15,921 nucleotides of DNA from a bacterium (GCA_043801585.1 JAZDLX010000001.1:1-15921), one strand, 5' to 3'. Positions 1 to 8,860 are shown, counted from the first letter of the stretch. Notes: generated by a model not told the origin, from the sequence alone. Translations and numbers: made by a program.

Positions 1-1263
1 ATGCTGGAGAGTGGAGTCGGAATTGATCTCGTACTGCAGGACATGAATTTCTCCCGGAGCACATCCGGTGAGGAGGGAATGCGCCTGCTGGGCGAGATTC
101 GCCGTCTGCAACCCCAGCTTCCTGTAATCCTGATGACTGCATGGGGGACTGTACAACTCGCCGTCAAAGGGATGCGTGCGGGAGCCGCCGATTTCATCAC
201 AAAACCCTGGTCTCACCAGCAGGTTCTGCAGGCGATCACGACCGTCCTGGATCTTGTCAAGACTCGTCAACGAGACGTGACAAAAGTAATCGAACGGGAA
301 GAGCTTGACGCACAATGGGATTTTTCACGGATCATTGGCACGGATCCGGTGCTGCTGCGTGTGCTCGACGTTGTCGGCCGTGTTGCGGATACGGACGCTC
401 CCGTGCTGATCACCGGCGAGAGCGGCACTGGAAAGGAGCTGGTGGCGGATGCCCTTTGGCGAAACAGTTCGCGAAAATCAAATCCATTTGCCAAGGTGAA
501 TCTCGGCGGTATCCCTACCTCCCTCTTTGAAAGCGAAATGTTCGGCCATGTCTCAGGTGCGTTTACGGACGCGAAAAATACTCGAATCGGGAGGTTCGAA
601 TCCGCCCACGGCGGAACTCTTTTCCTTGATGAGATCGGAGATCTTGCGCCATCGAGTCAGGTCAAGCTCCTTCGTGTGCTGCAGGATCGAACGTTTGAAA
701 AGGTTGGATCGTCCAAAAGTCAGACGGTTGATGTTCGACTGATCACCGCGACCAATCGGAACCTTCAGGAGTGCATCGAGAAAGGTGAATTTCGAGAAGA
801 TCTGTTTTACCGGATCAACCTGATCAGCGTGAATCTTCCATCGCTGCGGGAGCGAAAGAGCGACATTCCCCTCCTCGCGGAATCCTTTCTCGAGGAGCTG
901 ACTGCGCGTTACAACCGCAAAGGGATTACAGTGGACTCCGGCGCGATCGAGTGGCTTCGCACCCGCCCGTGGCCCGGCAACATCAGGCAGCTCAGGCAAC
1001 TGATCGAACGAACGGTCCTTCTGGCATCAACACTCCACGTTACAGCAAATGCACTCGCGCTGGCTGAGGACATGCAGCCGGAGGATAGTGCACGGAGTCC
1101 TCTGGCCACTCCCGGAATGAATACTCTGCAGGACGTTGAATTGAAAATGGTTCAGCGAACCCTTGAGTATTTTGATGGCAACGTCACCCTTGCTGCGCGC
1201 TCGCTGGGAATCAGCCGTTCATCATTCTACCGGAAGCTGGAGAAACTCAGGATGGATTCGTGA
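1..1263 (+). CDS. Sigma-54-dependent (NtrC/AtoC-family) response regulator: receiver + AAA+ + Fis-type HTH; probably 5'-truncated at the window edge
   Basis: Receiver residues LQDMNF (phospho-Asp), MTAWG and ITKPW. Walker A GESGTGKE, ESEMFGH..GAFTDA, Walker B LFLDEIG, FREDLFYRIN, WPGNIRQL and C-terminal HTH GNVTLAARSLGISRSSFYRKL. The first receiver strand with the acidic pair is missing, so the true start is likely upstream of base 1. Confidence 0.95.
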   Translation: MLESGVGIDLVLQDMNFSRSTSGEEGMRLLGEIRRLQPQLPVILMTAWGTVQLAVKGMRAGAADFITKPWSHQQVLQAITTVLDLVKTRQRDVTKVIEREELDAQWDFSRIIGTDPVLLRVLDVVGRVADTDAPVLITGESGTGKELVADALWRNSSRKSNPFAKVNLGGIPTSLFESEMFGHVSGAFTDAKNTRIGRFESAHGGTLFLDEIGDLAPSSQVKLLRVLQDRTFEKVGSSKSQTVDVRLITATNRNLQECIEKGEFREDLFYRINLISVNLPSLRERKSDIPLLAESFLEELTARYNRKGITVDSGAIEWLRTRPWPGNIRQLRQLIERTVLLASTLHVTANALALAEDMQPEDSARSPLATPGMNTLQDVELKMVQRTLEYFDGNVTLAARSLGISRSSFYRKLEKLRMDS

Positions 1264-2618
1264 AACTCGGATCGCGCCTGACTGTTTACCTCGTCCTGCT
1301 CCACCTTGTATTCATGATCTTGGCTGTTGCTGTGCTGTGGGAGAGGTACCGTCCGTGGATCGCGGTTATCGAGGCGCTGCTGCTTGCCACGCTCATCGTG
1401 GGTTTTTGGCTTGTCAGGCAGCAGGCGCGTGTGGACGAACTTACAGAAATTGGCGGCGAGTTCATCCGTGAAGGTGATTTTTCCCACTACTTTGCCGAAT
1501 CCCGACAACCCGAGATCAACCAACTCGTCCGCATTTTCAACAAGATGGTGGAAACTCTTCGCAAGGAACGTCTGCTCAAACTCGAACAACAGAAGCTGCT
1601 CGAAGATGTGATCCACTCCTCCCCCAGCGGTATTATGACCCTTGATCTCGATGGAAGAATCGATACAATCAACCCGGCGGCGGCTTCACTGCTGGGCGTG
1701 GAGACGGAGGCGGCTGCGGGCAGGACTCTCGGCGAAGTTTCTGGGACTCTCGCGTCGCACCTCGCCACTCTTCCCGATGGCGGTGCGACGATTGTATCTC
1801 TCCCTGGGCCGCGCAAGATTCGTTGCGAACATGGAGGTTTTTTCGAACACGGTTTTCGCCGCAGCCTGTTTCTGATGACGGATCTCACCCGGGAGCTCTG
1901 GAGGACGGAAAAGCGCGTCTACGAACGGGTCATCCGCACGTTTTCCCATGAAGTCAACAACACGGTTGGCGCGATTAACTCGATCCTTCGCTCCTGTCTT
2001 GCCTACAGTGGACAGCTTAGCGAGACTGACCGTCCGGACTACGAGGAAGCGTTGAATGTCGCCATCGATCGATCCAGTAATCTGAACCAGTTCATGAGTG
2101 GATACGCCTCCATTATCCGTCTCCCAACCCCCGTGCGTTCCCCGATATCGCTGCCGGAACTGTTGCGCAAACTCAAGATTCTGTTGGAACCCGAATGCAA
2201 TCAGCGAAAAATTCTGCTTGAACTTGATGTCCGCGATCAAGTTCCGCTCGTTCTAATGGATTACGCACAGACGGAACAGGCGTTGCTGAATGTGGTTCGC
2301 AATTCGATCGATGCCATTGGTGAGGGAGGCCGGATTCGACTGCAACTGCGTGAATATCCTGGAGGTGCGCAGGAAGTGGTTGTGGAGGACAACGGATCCG
2401 GACTGAAGCCCGAGATTCGCAATGACTTGTTTACTCCTTTTGTCACCAGCAAGGAAAACGGCCAGGGATTGGGACTCGTTCTGGTCAAGGAGGTGATGAC
2501 CCGGCACGGCCTGGACTTTTCCCTGATGACCGGATCGGAGGGGCTCACTCGATTCACGTTCCGGATCGATCCCAGCGAACGGATTGACATTGAAGTCAAT
2601 GAAAAACAGGATCTTTAA
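1260..2618 (+). CDS. Membrane sensor histidine kinase (2 TM, HAMP-like, PAS-like, HisKA, HATPase_c)
   Basis: GTG start overlaps the regulator stop (GTGA 1260-1263). Two N-terminal hydrophobic helices, PAS-like SSPSGIMTLDLDGRIDTINPAAASLLG, H-box SHEVNN, N-box QALLNVVRNS, G1 DNGSG, F-box LFTPFVTSK and G2 GQGLGL. Confidence 0.93.
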   Translation: MKLGSRLTVYLVLLHLVFMILAVAVLWERYRPWIAVIEALLLATLIVGFWLVRQQARVDELTEIGGEFIREGDFSHYFAESRQPEINQLVRIFNKMVETLRKERLLKLEQQKLLEDVIHSSPSGIMTLDLDGRIDTINPAAASLLGVETEAAAGRTLGEVSGTLASHLATLPDGGATIVSLPGPRKIRCEHGGFFEHGFRRSLFLMTDLTRELWRTEKRVYERVIRTFSHEVNNTVGAINSILRSCLAYSGQLSETDRPDYEEALNVAIDRSSNLNQFMSGYASIIRLPTPVRSPISLPELLRKLKILLEPECNQRKILLELDVRDQVPLVLMDYAQTEQALLNVVRNSIDAIGEGGRIRLQLREYPGGAQEVVVEDNGSGLKPEIRNDLFTPFVTSKENGQGLGLVLVKEVMTRHGLDFSLMTGSEGLTRFTFRIDPSERIDIEVNEKQDL

Positions 2619-2882
2619 GAGTCTGAATTATTGTTCATTAAGGAGTAGACGAGTCTCCAGGAGTCAGAAACCTGCCACAACGTTGGCCTGTTCAGATCAC
2701 GCCAACAAAACTGTCACCTCAACCATCTCCCGAGATGCACAAGTCGTACAATCTCGATGGAATATTCCGTGAATTGACGATAGTCCATGCCCCATAAGAG
2801 TATGGCTTTTTGAAAGTCAACAGCGACGAAGTTGTCACTTTCGAGGAGAAGTGAGCCCGGCGGGGGATCGCATTACTTCAAT

Positions 2883-2919
2883 CAGTAAAGGAAGACAGCT
2901 GTCCTCCCTCTCTGTTTTT
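2883..2919. terminator. Probable (possibly bidirectional) intrinsic terminator between the convergent kinase and acyl-CoA synthetase genes
   Basis: The minus-strand RNA folds GAGGGAGGAC-AGCU-GUCUUCCUUU with G-U pairs and an outer CAG/CUG, about 35 nt past the synthetase stop. On the plus strand the dyad is followed by TTTTT (2915-2919). Confidence 0.5.
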
Positions 2920-2948
2920 AGCGAGTAAAGCAACGGCTCAGACTTTCT

Positions 2949-4712
2949 TTACGTATTCGAAGGCAGCTGTTCGCTACTGTTTTCCATCTCGACCATCTCC
3001 CCCGAATAGAGGAACCTTTTGATGGTACGCTTCGTCGTTTTCTGAAACTCGCTGTCAAAGATACGGAACGTTTTGATCCGTTTGTAATCTGCCAGGTTTT
3101 TCATCGCTTTCTTGATTTCGGCCTGGACGATCGAGCGGATGTCCTCGGTGGTGGATTTGATCCCCTTCTCCTCGTCGTGAAGATCGATCTGTTCAAAGTC
3201 CGGGTAGATCAGGGCTCCAACCTCTTCGCCCATCCCAAACTTGCGCTTGATCCCGACGACGATGGATTCCGCGATAAAACGCATGCGATTCAGATAGAAT
3301 TCGATCTCTTCAGGAAATACGTTCTTGCCGCCAGCGGTGACGATCAAGGCTTTTGCGCGGCCCGTGATCTGCAGGTAACCGTCGGGGTGAACGATGCCGA
3401 GGTCGCCGGTGCGAAACCATCCATCCTCGGTGAAACAGGCTGTCGTCGCTTTTTCGTTCTTGTAATAGCCCGCGAAGACATTCGGCCCTTTCACACAGAC
3501 TTCTCCGATTCCCAGGGCGTCGGGTTCGAGGATTTTACACTCCACTCCGGGAAGCGTCGGGCCGACGCATTCGTGACGGATTTTCCATGCTGGCGTGAGA
3601 TGGGTGCAGGGGCTTGTTTCGGTGAGCCCGTACCCCTGAAACGTGCGCAGTCCGAAACGGTTGAAGAAACGGCCGATCACCGGATCGAGGGGTCCTCCCG
3701 CAGAGAGGAAGTACTTCATGGTCCCCAGGCCCGCTTTTTCCCGAAGTCCGTGAAAGAGTGGAAATCCAAGCTTGAGGCCAACCTTCTCTCCGAGGGCCGC
3801 GACGCCCATCATCGTACTGAAAACGGTTTCCTTTGCTCTTCCGGCTTTGCGGACATTTCGCAGGATGCCCGCCTGCATCTTCTCGAAAAGGAGCGGTACA
3901 CCGCACAAGTAGGTGCCGCCGTTATCGCGGATTGCGGCGACAATTTCGGGACCCGCGAGGCTCGGTGCGAAGGCGATGGTTGCACCGAAATAAATCGGGA
4001 AGATGAAACCGGCGGTTGCTTCGAAGCTGTGGTGAACGGGGAGTACCGAAATGAAGACATCCCCGGGACCGGTGTCGAAAAGCTGCCCCGCCGCTTCCGC
4101 GTTCGACAGGATGTTGCGTGAGGTGAGCATCACGCCTTTCGAATGTCCGGTGGTCCCCGAGGTGTAGAGGATCGCCGCAACGCGATTCAGGTCGAGGGCG
4201 GGCATTGGGTGGTTCTTCCCCGATCCGGCGGTGACCACGTCAACGAATGTCAGAGGGGCGTTACATCGTTCGCAGTCAAGGGCGACAGTGGTTTCCAGTG
4301 TCCTTACCGGTTCGACCTCATCGACGGTTTGAAGGAAGCGAGCGTCCGCGAAGAGGATGCGTGAGCCGGAATCATGGAGGATGTGGCGGATGCCCGATGC
4401 CGGAAGCATCCGGTCAATCGGTACGCAGATCCCTCCCACCGCCTGAACTCCCAGGTAGGTGGCTTCCCATTCAGGACTGTTTTCGCCAAGGATCGCGATG
4501 GGATCGCCAGGCTGGATTCCCCATTCGATCAGCCACTGGGCGATTGCCGTTACGCGACAGTGAAGATCTCGGTAACTCCATGTTTTCCACTGCTTATCAC
4601 GCAGTACACGCATTGCCGGACGGTCACCAAATGCTTCCGCGCTGCGCCTCGAGAGCTCCCCCAGAGGGAACAATTCCCGTGCCGGGCGAAGCCTTGATTG
4701 AAATACGTGCAT
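2949..4712 (-). CDS. Long-chain fatty acyl-CoA synthetase (AMP-binding/ANL family, FadD/FAA1-like)
   Basis: Motifs YTSGTTGHSKG, LPVHHSFE, GVPLLFEK, QGYGLTET, GPNVFAGYYKN, GWFRTGDLG, ITGR...GGKNVFPEEIE and C-terminal FQKTTKRTIKRFLY. Confidence 0.92.
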   Translation of the reverse strand: MHVFQSRLRPARELFPLGELSRRSAEAFGDRPAMRVLRDKQWKTWSYRDLHCRVTAIAQWLIEWGIQPGDPIAILGENSPEWEATYLGVQAVGGICVPIDRMLPASGIRHILHDSGSRILFADARFLQTVDEVEPVRTLETTVALDCERCNAPLTFVDVVTAGSGKNHPMPALDLNRVAAILYTSGTTGHSKGVMLTSRNILSNAEAAGQLFDTGPGDVFISVLPVHHSFEATAGFIFPIYFGATIAFAPSLAGPEIVAAIRDNGGTYLCGVPLLFEKMQAGILRNVRKAGRAKETVFSTMMGVAALGEKVGLKLGFPLFHGLREKAGLGTMKYFLSAGGPLDPVIGRFFNRFGLRTFQGYGLTETSPCTHLTPAWKIRHECVGPTLPGVECKILEPDALGIGEVCVKGPNVFAGYYKNEKATTACFTEDGWFRTGDLGIVHPDGYLQITGRAKALIVTAGGKNVFPEEIEFYLNRMRFIAESIVVGIKRKFGMGEEVGALIYPDFEQIDLHDEEKGIKSTTEDIRSIVQAEIKKAMKNLADYKRIKTFRIFDSEFQKTTKRTIKRFLYSGEMVEMENSSEQLPSNT

Positions 4713-4757
4713 CCGTCTCTCGCGTTGAGGATCAGGTGTGTGTTCTGGAAATGAATC

Positions 4758-4782
4758 GCGTAATTCCGTTACCTAATTACGC
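4758..4782. promoter_or_regulatory. Inverted repeat GCGTAATT-N9-AATTACGC, candidate regulator site upstream of the acyl-CoA synthetase
   Basis: Perfect 8-bp arms at 4758-4765 and 4775-4782, starting 46 bp upstream of the ATG at 4712. Confidence 0.4.
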
Positions 4783-4813
4783 AAACTCCTGAAAAACCGA
4801 TAAATTGCTCGGC

Positions 4814-4843
4814 AAAATACCGCCATTGCTCAAACAATGGCAA
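4814..4843 (-). terminator. Hairpin with U-rich tail downstream of the oxidoreductase; also reads as a sigma70-like promoter for the synthetase
   Basis: Minus strand TTGCCATTGT-TTGA-GCAATGGCGG-TATTTT gives a 10-bp stem with G-U pairs. The same string is TTGCCA-N18-TATTTT. Confidence 0.45.
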
Positions 4844-5004
4844 CAGGAGAGGAAAAGGAACCTCGGAGAATTTAGGGCAAGAGTTCGAGCAGCTAACTTC
4901 AAACCCTTTATACCGGTGAACCAAAGGATAAAGGGGAACCTTGAAACCACTCACTTAAATCATGAATGTGGCGACCATCACACGGCTGCTATACGACTAC
5001 GGGA

Positions 5005-6111
5005 TCATTTGACAGCCGTCCTGGCCATAACCGTTGCACGCAATGCAGTGTCCAACGCGTATAGTCCATCTTCAAGCGGCACCCGAACCCGGTGCTTCGA
5101 GTTGCGAACGGCCTCTCCAACATCAGCCATCATTTTCTGCAGGCAGGCAGCGTACACCTCCAGCTTGGCCTCTGGGAGAGTAAAGGTTCCCCGCACGATC
5201 CGTGAGACCAAATAGGGTTTCCCGGCGGAATGGACTGTAACTGAATCCTTTGCGCTGTCCGCCGGAATGTCCTCGAGCGTTTTCCATCCGGGAAGAGCAT
5301 GCAGAGCTTGCACGCCCACCTCGCCGGCCATCGCGAGGATTTCACCGCCAAGTGGAATCCACCCGTTCAGGTCCACCTGGGCCAACTCGAAGATCAACCG
5401 GATGGAAGTTGTTTCGAGGGGTCGTGGACGCGAGAATTCGTGGTAGTGCGTTGCAATCAGGCCACCATCATACAGTGCCGTTGCCAGTACCTGATCTTCC
5501 TGCCTGTCGTTCCGGGTACGCCTTGCGCCTTGGACGGTCTCCGGACGGCGTCCGGCCACAGCATCAACCAGATCGGCAAAATGCCCGGCATGTTCGACAA
5601 GAATTCCACCGGAGACCGCCGGATCCCAGAACCAGTGCCCGGGCGGCAGCGACTCGTCCTGGGCGACGTTTTCAACGGCTGCATGGCGGAGTTGTCCGAA
5701 AAGTCCACTCCTGCTCCAGTCAATCAGCGCCTCGACGAGAGGGTTGAACCGCAGCATGAAATTGACCGCAGCGACATTGCCGGTGCGGTTGCGTTCGTCG
5801 ATGATTTTCCGAGCGTCTTCAATGGTCGTCGCCAGGGGTTTGTCGACCAGTACATGTTTCCCTGCTTTCATGGCGGCGATTGCGATTTCGGCGTGCGTGG
5901 AAGGAGGGGTCACCACGGCGATGATGTCGATATTCGGATCCGTAATCAGATTTGTCCAGTCTGTCGTGAAGCGGGTAGAGGGGTCGGGTTTTCGACCGGG
6001 GTCCGTGTCCGCGACCATTCGCACGTCGATTCCGCTGACTTGTGACCAGGCGTTTTTTAGAAACGGACCAAAACCTCCGTATCCGACAATTCCCACACCG
6101 AGCGTGTTCAT
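5005..6111 (-). CDS. Gfo/Idh/MocA-family NAD(P)-dependent oxidoreductase
   Basis: Rossmann VGIVGYGGFG, IDIIAVVTPPSTHAEIAIAAMKAGKHVLVDKP, NFMLRFNP and catalytic region GGILVEHAGHFAD. A GAGGG RBS-like sequence lies upstream. Confidence 0.92.
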   Translation of the reverse strand: MNTLGVGIVGYGGFGPFLKNAWSQVSGIDVRMVADTDPGRKPDPSTRFTTDWTNLITDPNIDIIAVVTPPSTHAEIAIAAMKAGKHVLVDKPLATTIEDARKIIDERNRTGNVAAVNFMLRFNPLVEALIDWSRSGLFGQLRHAAVENVAQDESLPPGHWFWDPAVSGGILVEHAGHFADLVDAVAGRRPETVQGARRTRNDRQEDQVLATALYDGGLIATHYHEFSRPRPLETTSIRLIFELAQVDLNGWIPLGGEILAMAGEVGVQALHALPGWKTLEDIPADSAKDSVTVHSAGKPYLVSRIVRGTFTLPEAKLEVYAACLQKMMADVGEAVRNSKHRVRVPLEDGLYALDTALRATVMARTAVK

Positions 6112-6286
6112 CCCTGCCCTCGATTTTTCTCTCGCAGCTACTGAATGACTGTTCGAATGTATTGAAGAAAAGAACCCTATTGAACAACGGAGGAGTCGGA
6201 GACGTTTTTGGAGAATGGTTCAGCTCCATTGATCGACCGGAAAAGCTCACGTTTATTATCACGTCACCTTTTTCAGGGAGGGCGGT

Positions 6287-8860
6287 ATGCATGAAGGTCA
6301 CTTCAACCAACCATCCGAAACAGCGGAAACAACTCTTCTTTCCTCACGCCGTCACTTCGATTGGAAAAAGACTTTAGGAACTCTGGCCGTTGCCGTTGTA
6401 CTGCTTCAGGGGGGGGCTGGGGATGTCTCCGGGTCGGACAATTATATGCAATTTGTCAATCAATCCCTCGCCCTTGTCGAGGTTGGGGGTCCGTTTGCCG
6501 GGGTCGAGTTCCACCACAGCCGTCCAGTTCCCACGAGGATCAGCTTTTACTCGCCTGTGGCAAACTCCATCGATTTGAGCACCGACTACTGGAAACGGTG
6601 GGAGTCGATACCCCTTCGCCTCTTCGTCACCGTGAATGGAACCACGGATACTTTGGATTCCCACCCGATGCCGGTCCGTTGGGCGCCGCACACTGCCATG
6701 TTTGAAGGTGATGTGGGTGGATTTCCAGTCCGAGTAACCTGGCGGTTCGGCGAACGACTGCCTGTTACCGGCCTTGAATTGTCAGTGGGTGATTCGGGAT
6801 CGTCGGCGGACGCCGACATCGAGGTGTCTTTCGCGCTTTGGCCTTTGTTGCGTACCTGTCAAACGTGGGCGTGGGTGGAGTCGCAACCACCGGTTTACAG
6901 TGAATCTGGCGACGCAGCTTTCGCTGTCTCACCGCGCGTGGACACGGACTCCTCGGTGGTGTTCGTCGCCTGCCTCGGCGCTCAACCGTCAGCGTGGGGC
7001 GGCGATGTGAATGTCGGATCAGCGGTGCTACCAGCGGACGCACCCGGTGGAGCGGGGGTTCCGTTCACGTTTCATTGGAAGACAAAAGGCTGTGTGCAGA
7101 TCACCCAGGTGATCGGATCCTGCAGGATGTCCGAGGCTGATTCCGTCATTGAACAAACGAAGGAACATTGGCAGGCGGACGTCGAGGCCTTCGAATCGCG
7201 CGTGGCCGCATCATCGGAGAGCGGAGAGTGGAAAGGGCTTGGGGACAACGCGCTACGCGAGACGCTCCTTTGGTCCTGGGACATGATGGCGGCGAACCGT
7301 CACTTTCTGAATGGCCGTCTGATGCCGATGCCATGCCCGGCGCAATACAATTTCTTCTTCACCCACGACGCACTCCAGACCGGCCTGGGGGTTACCATTT
7401 TCAACCCGGATCTTGTTGCGGAAGATCTGCAGACGCTGCTTTCCCAGGTCCAGCCCGATTCCATTCTGCCTCACGCCTATTACTGGCGTGACGGTGAATA
7501 CCAGACCGAATTCTGCGACGCGGGAAATTGGAACCATCTCTGGTTTCTGCTGACAACAGGAGCCTGGCTGCGTCACGGCGGTGACGTTGCCATGGCGCAG
7601 AAACTGATGCCGGTGCTCGAGAAAAGTACGTCGATGATCCTGATGAATCTCGGCGAGGACGGCCTGATGCACGCCGGATCGCCGGACTGGTGGGACATCG
7701 GCTATCTCCCCGGCCGCCGTTCCTACCTGACCGCACTCGCCGCGCAGGCTCTCGGTGAATACGCGGAAATCGCCCGTCGGTGTGGACGCGAGGATGCCGT
7801 GCCTGAGCACCTTTTCGACATTCGCGACAGGCTTGTCCGGGGATTGAACGATGAGCTGTGGCGTGATGATGCGGGCTTTCTGATGAACATGATCGGCGAC
7901 GAATGGGACATGCATTACTACGCCGGGTCGCTGGTCGCGGGAATGTATGGGATGCTGGATTCCACCCATGCCGTCTCTCAGTTGGCGACGGCGGAGAGAG
8001 AATTGCTCGACCCCAACATCGGGGTGCGCATCGTGATGCCGGCGGATTTCCACACCCTGATTGACAAGTACGGTTTCAACGGTATGGAAATGGGTGAGCC
8101 CTACACCTATATCAACGGTGGCATCTGGCCGCAGGGGAACGCCTGGTACATCCTCTCGCTGCTCCGGGCAAACCGTTCCGAAGAGGCGCTCGACGCTCTT
8201 CGCCGCTACCTGACGCTCGCGGGAATCGCCGACAGTCCCGGTGGCCAACCCTCCCTGTACGAGTACAGGTTTTCGAATCCTGCCTCCGCGGAGTACGGCC
8301 GTGTGGACAAACCAACTTTCCTCTGGGCTGGCGGGTGGTTCATCAATTGCCTCTACCAACTTGCCGGAGTTCATGAGGAGACGGGCGGGGTGATGCTGGA
8401 GCCGGATGTCCCTGAATCTTTGGCAAATGTGTCGTTTTCCCTCGCGGTGAACGGAAGTCAATGCAGAATTGTTCGTCACGGTACGGGCGAATCCTTCTCT
8501 CGAATTGTGGTAGATGGGCTCGAGTCACCTTCCGCGGTGTTGATCGGAACTCCGGGCTCAATGGAGGTTGAGGCGGGACCTCTACGGAAACCCTACCTGG
8601 CGAGTTCGACGGCCCGGGTGGCTGATGCGACATTGAAAGGGAAACGCAAACCGGTGCTGCATGTTGACCTGGCCGGTTTGCCCGGCCAACCCTGGGAGGC
8701 GGTGGTGATCTCGCCGACCGAACCGCTGACCGTCAAGGTGAACGGCAAGAAAATCGTGTGCGAGCATCGACCGCTTGCAGGCGGAGGGTTCACCTGCCGA
8801 ATACGTGGGCGGATGGTTGCCTCCGAGGCACGACTTACCCTTCAATTTTCATCGAGATAG
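6287..8860 (+). CDS. Exported (alpha/alpha)6-barrel glycoside hydrolase, amylo-alpha-1,6-glucosidase/GDE_C-like; substrate unknown
   Basis: GGAGG RBS before ATG 6287 and an N-terminal hydrophobic stretch. Motifs YNFFFTHD, PDWWD, YINGGIWP and LYEY occur in the same order as the W.RD, WMD, YHNG.VWP and L.E motifs of GDE_C-type six-hairpin glycosidases. The C-terminal region is beta-rich. Confidence 0.7.
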   Translation: MHEGHFNQPSETAETTLLSSRRHFDWKKTLGTLAVAVVLLQGGAGDVSGSDNYMQFVNQSLALVEVGGPFAGVEFHHSRPVPTRISFYSPVANSIDLSTDYWKRWESIPLRLFVTVNGTTDTLDSHPMPVRWAPHTAMFEGDVGGFPVRVTWRFGERLPVTGLELSVGDSGSSADADIEVSFALWPLLRTCQTWAWVESQPPVYSESGDAAFAVSPRVDTDSSVVFVACLGAQPSAWGGDVNVGSAVLPADAPGGAGVPFTFHWKTKGCVQITQVIGSCRMSEADSVIEQTKEHWQADVEAFESRVAASSESGEWKGLGDNALRETLLWSWDMMAANRHFLNGRLMPMPCPAQYNFFFTHDALQTGLGVTIFNPDLVAEDLQTLLSQVQPDSILPHAYYWRDGEYQTEFCDAGNWNHLWFLLTTGAWLRHGGDVAMAQKLMPVLEKSTSMILMNLGEDGLMHAGSPDWWDIGYLPGRRSYLTALAAQALGEYAEIARRCGREDAVPEHLFDIRDRLVRGLNDELWRDDAGFLMNMIGDEWDMHYYAGSLVAGMYGMLDSTHAVSQLATAERELLDPNIGVRIVMPADFHTLIDKYGFNGMEMGEPYTYINGGIWPQGNAWYILSLLRANRSEEALDALRRYLTLAGIADSPGGQPSLYEYRFSNPASAEYGRVDKPTFLWAGGWFINCLYQLAGVHEETGGVMLEPDVPESLANVSFSLAVNGSQCRIVRHGTGESFSRIVVDGLESPSAVLIGTPGSMEVEAGPLRKPYLASSTARVADATLKGKRKPVLHVDLAGLPGQPWEAVVISPTEPLTVKVNGKKIVCEHRPLAGGGFTCRIRGRMVASEARLTLQFSSR

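Noticed and set aside
3008..3048. Apparent loss of the A10 catalytic Lys in the synthetase (KTTKRTIKR vs PKTxSGKIxR)
   Set aside because: As I recall, FxKTxK[KR]xIKR[FY]LY endings are normal for this subfamily, and nearby lysines are available. There is no sign of pseudogenisation.
4306..4316. ACCGGTTCGAC, partial match to the LacI operator
   Set aside because: Little more than a half-site, located deep inside the acyl-CoA synthetase CDS, so likely chance.
4812..4825. Possible sigma-54 promoter TGGCGGTATTTTGC on the minus strand
   Set aside because: GG-to-GC spacing is 9 nt rather than the required 10, and the CAC is missing.
4805..5215. Short intergenic ORFs (4805-5215, 4769-4954, 2584-2772, 15709-15900)
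   Set aside because: They show no convincing RBS or motifs, and most overlap real genes or regulatory DNA.
6229..6259. TTGATC-N19-TATTAT as the hydrolase promoter and ATCGACCGG as a degenerate operator
   Set aside because: The spacer is long and the operator match is gapped and one-sided, so it is too weak to call.
7253..8479. 408-aa minus-strand ORF (likewise 3177-4121, 5299-6045, 12554-13477 and 13617-14336)
   Set aside because: They lie opposite well-supported genes and show typical antisense composition.
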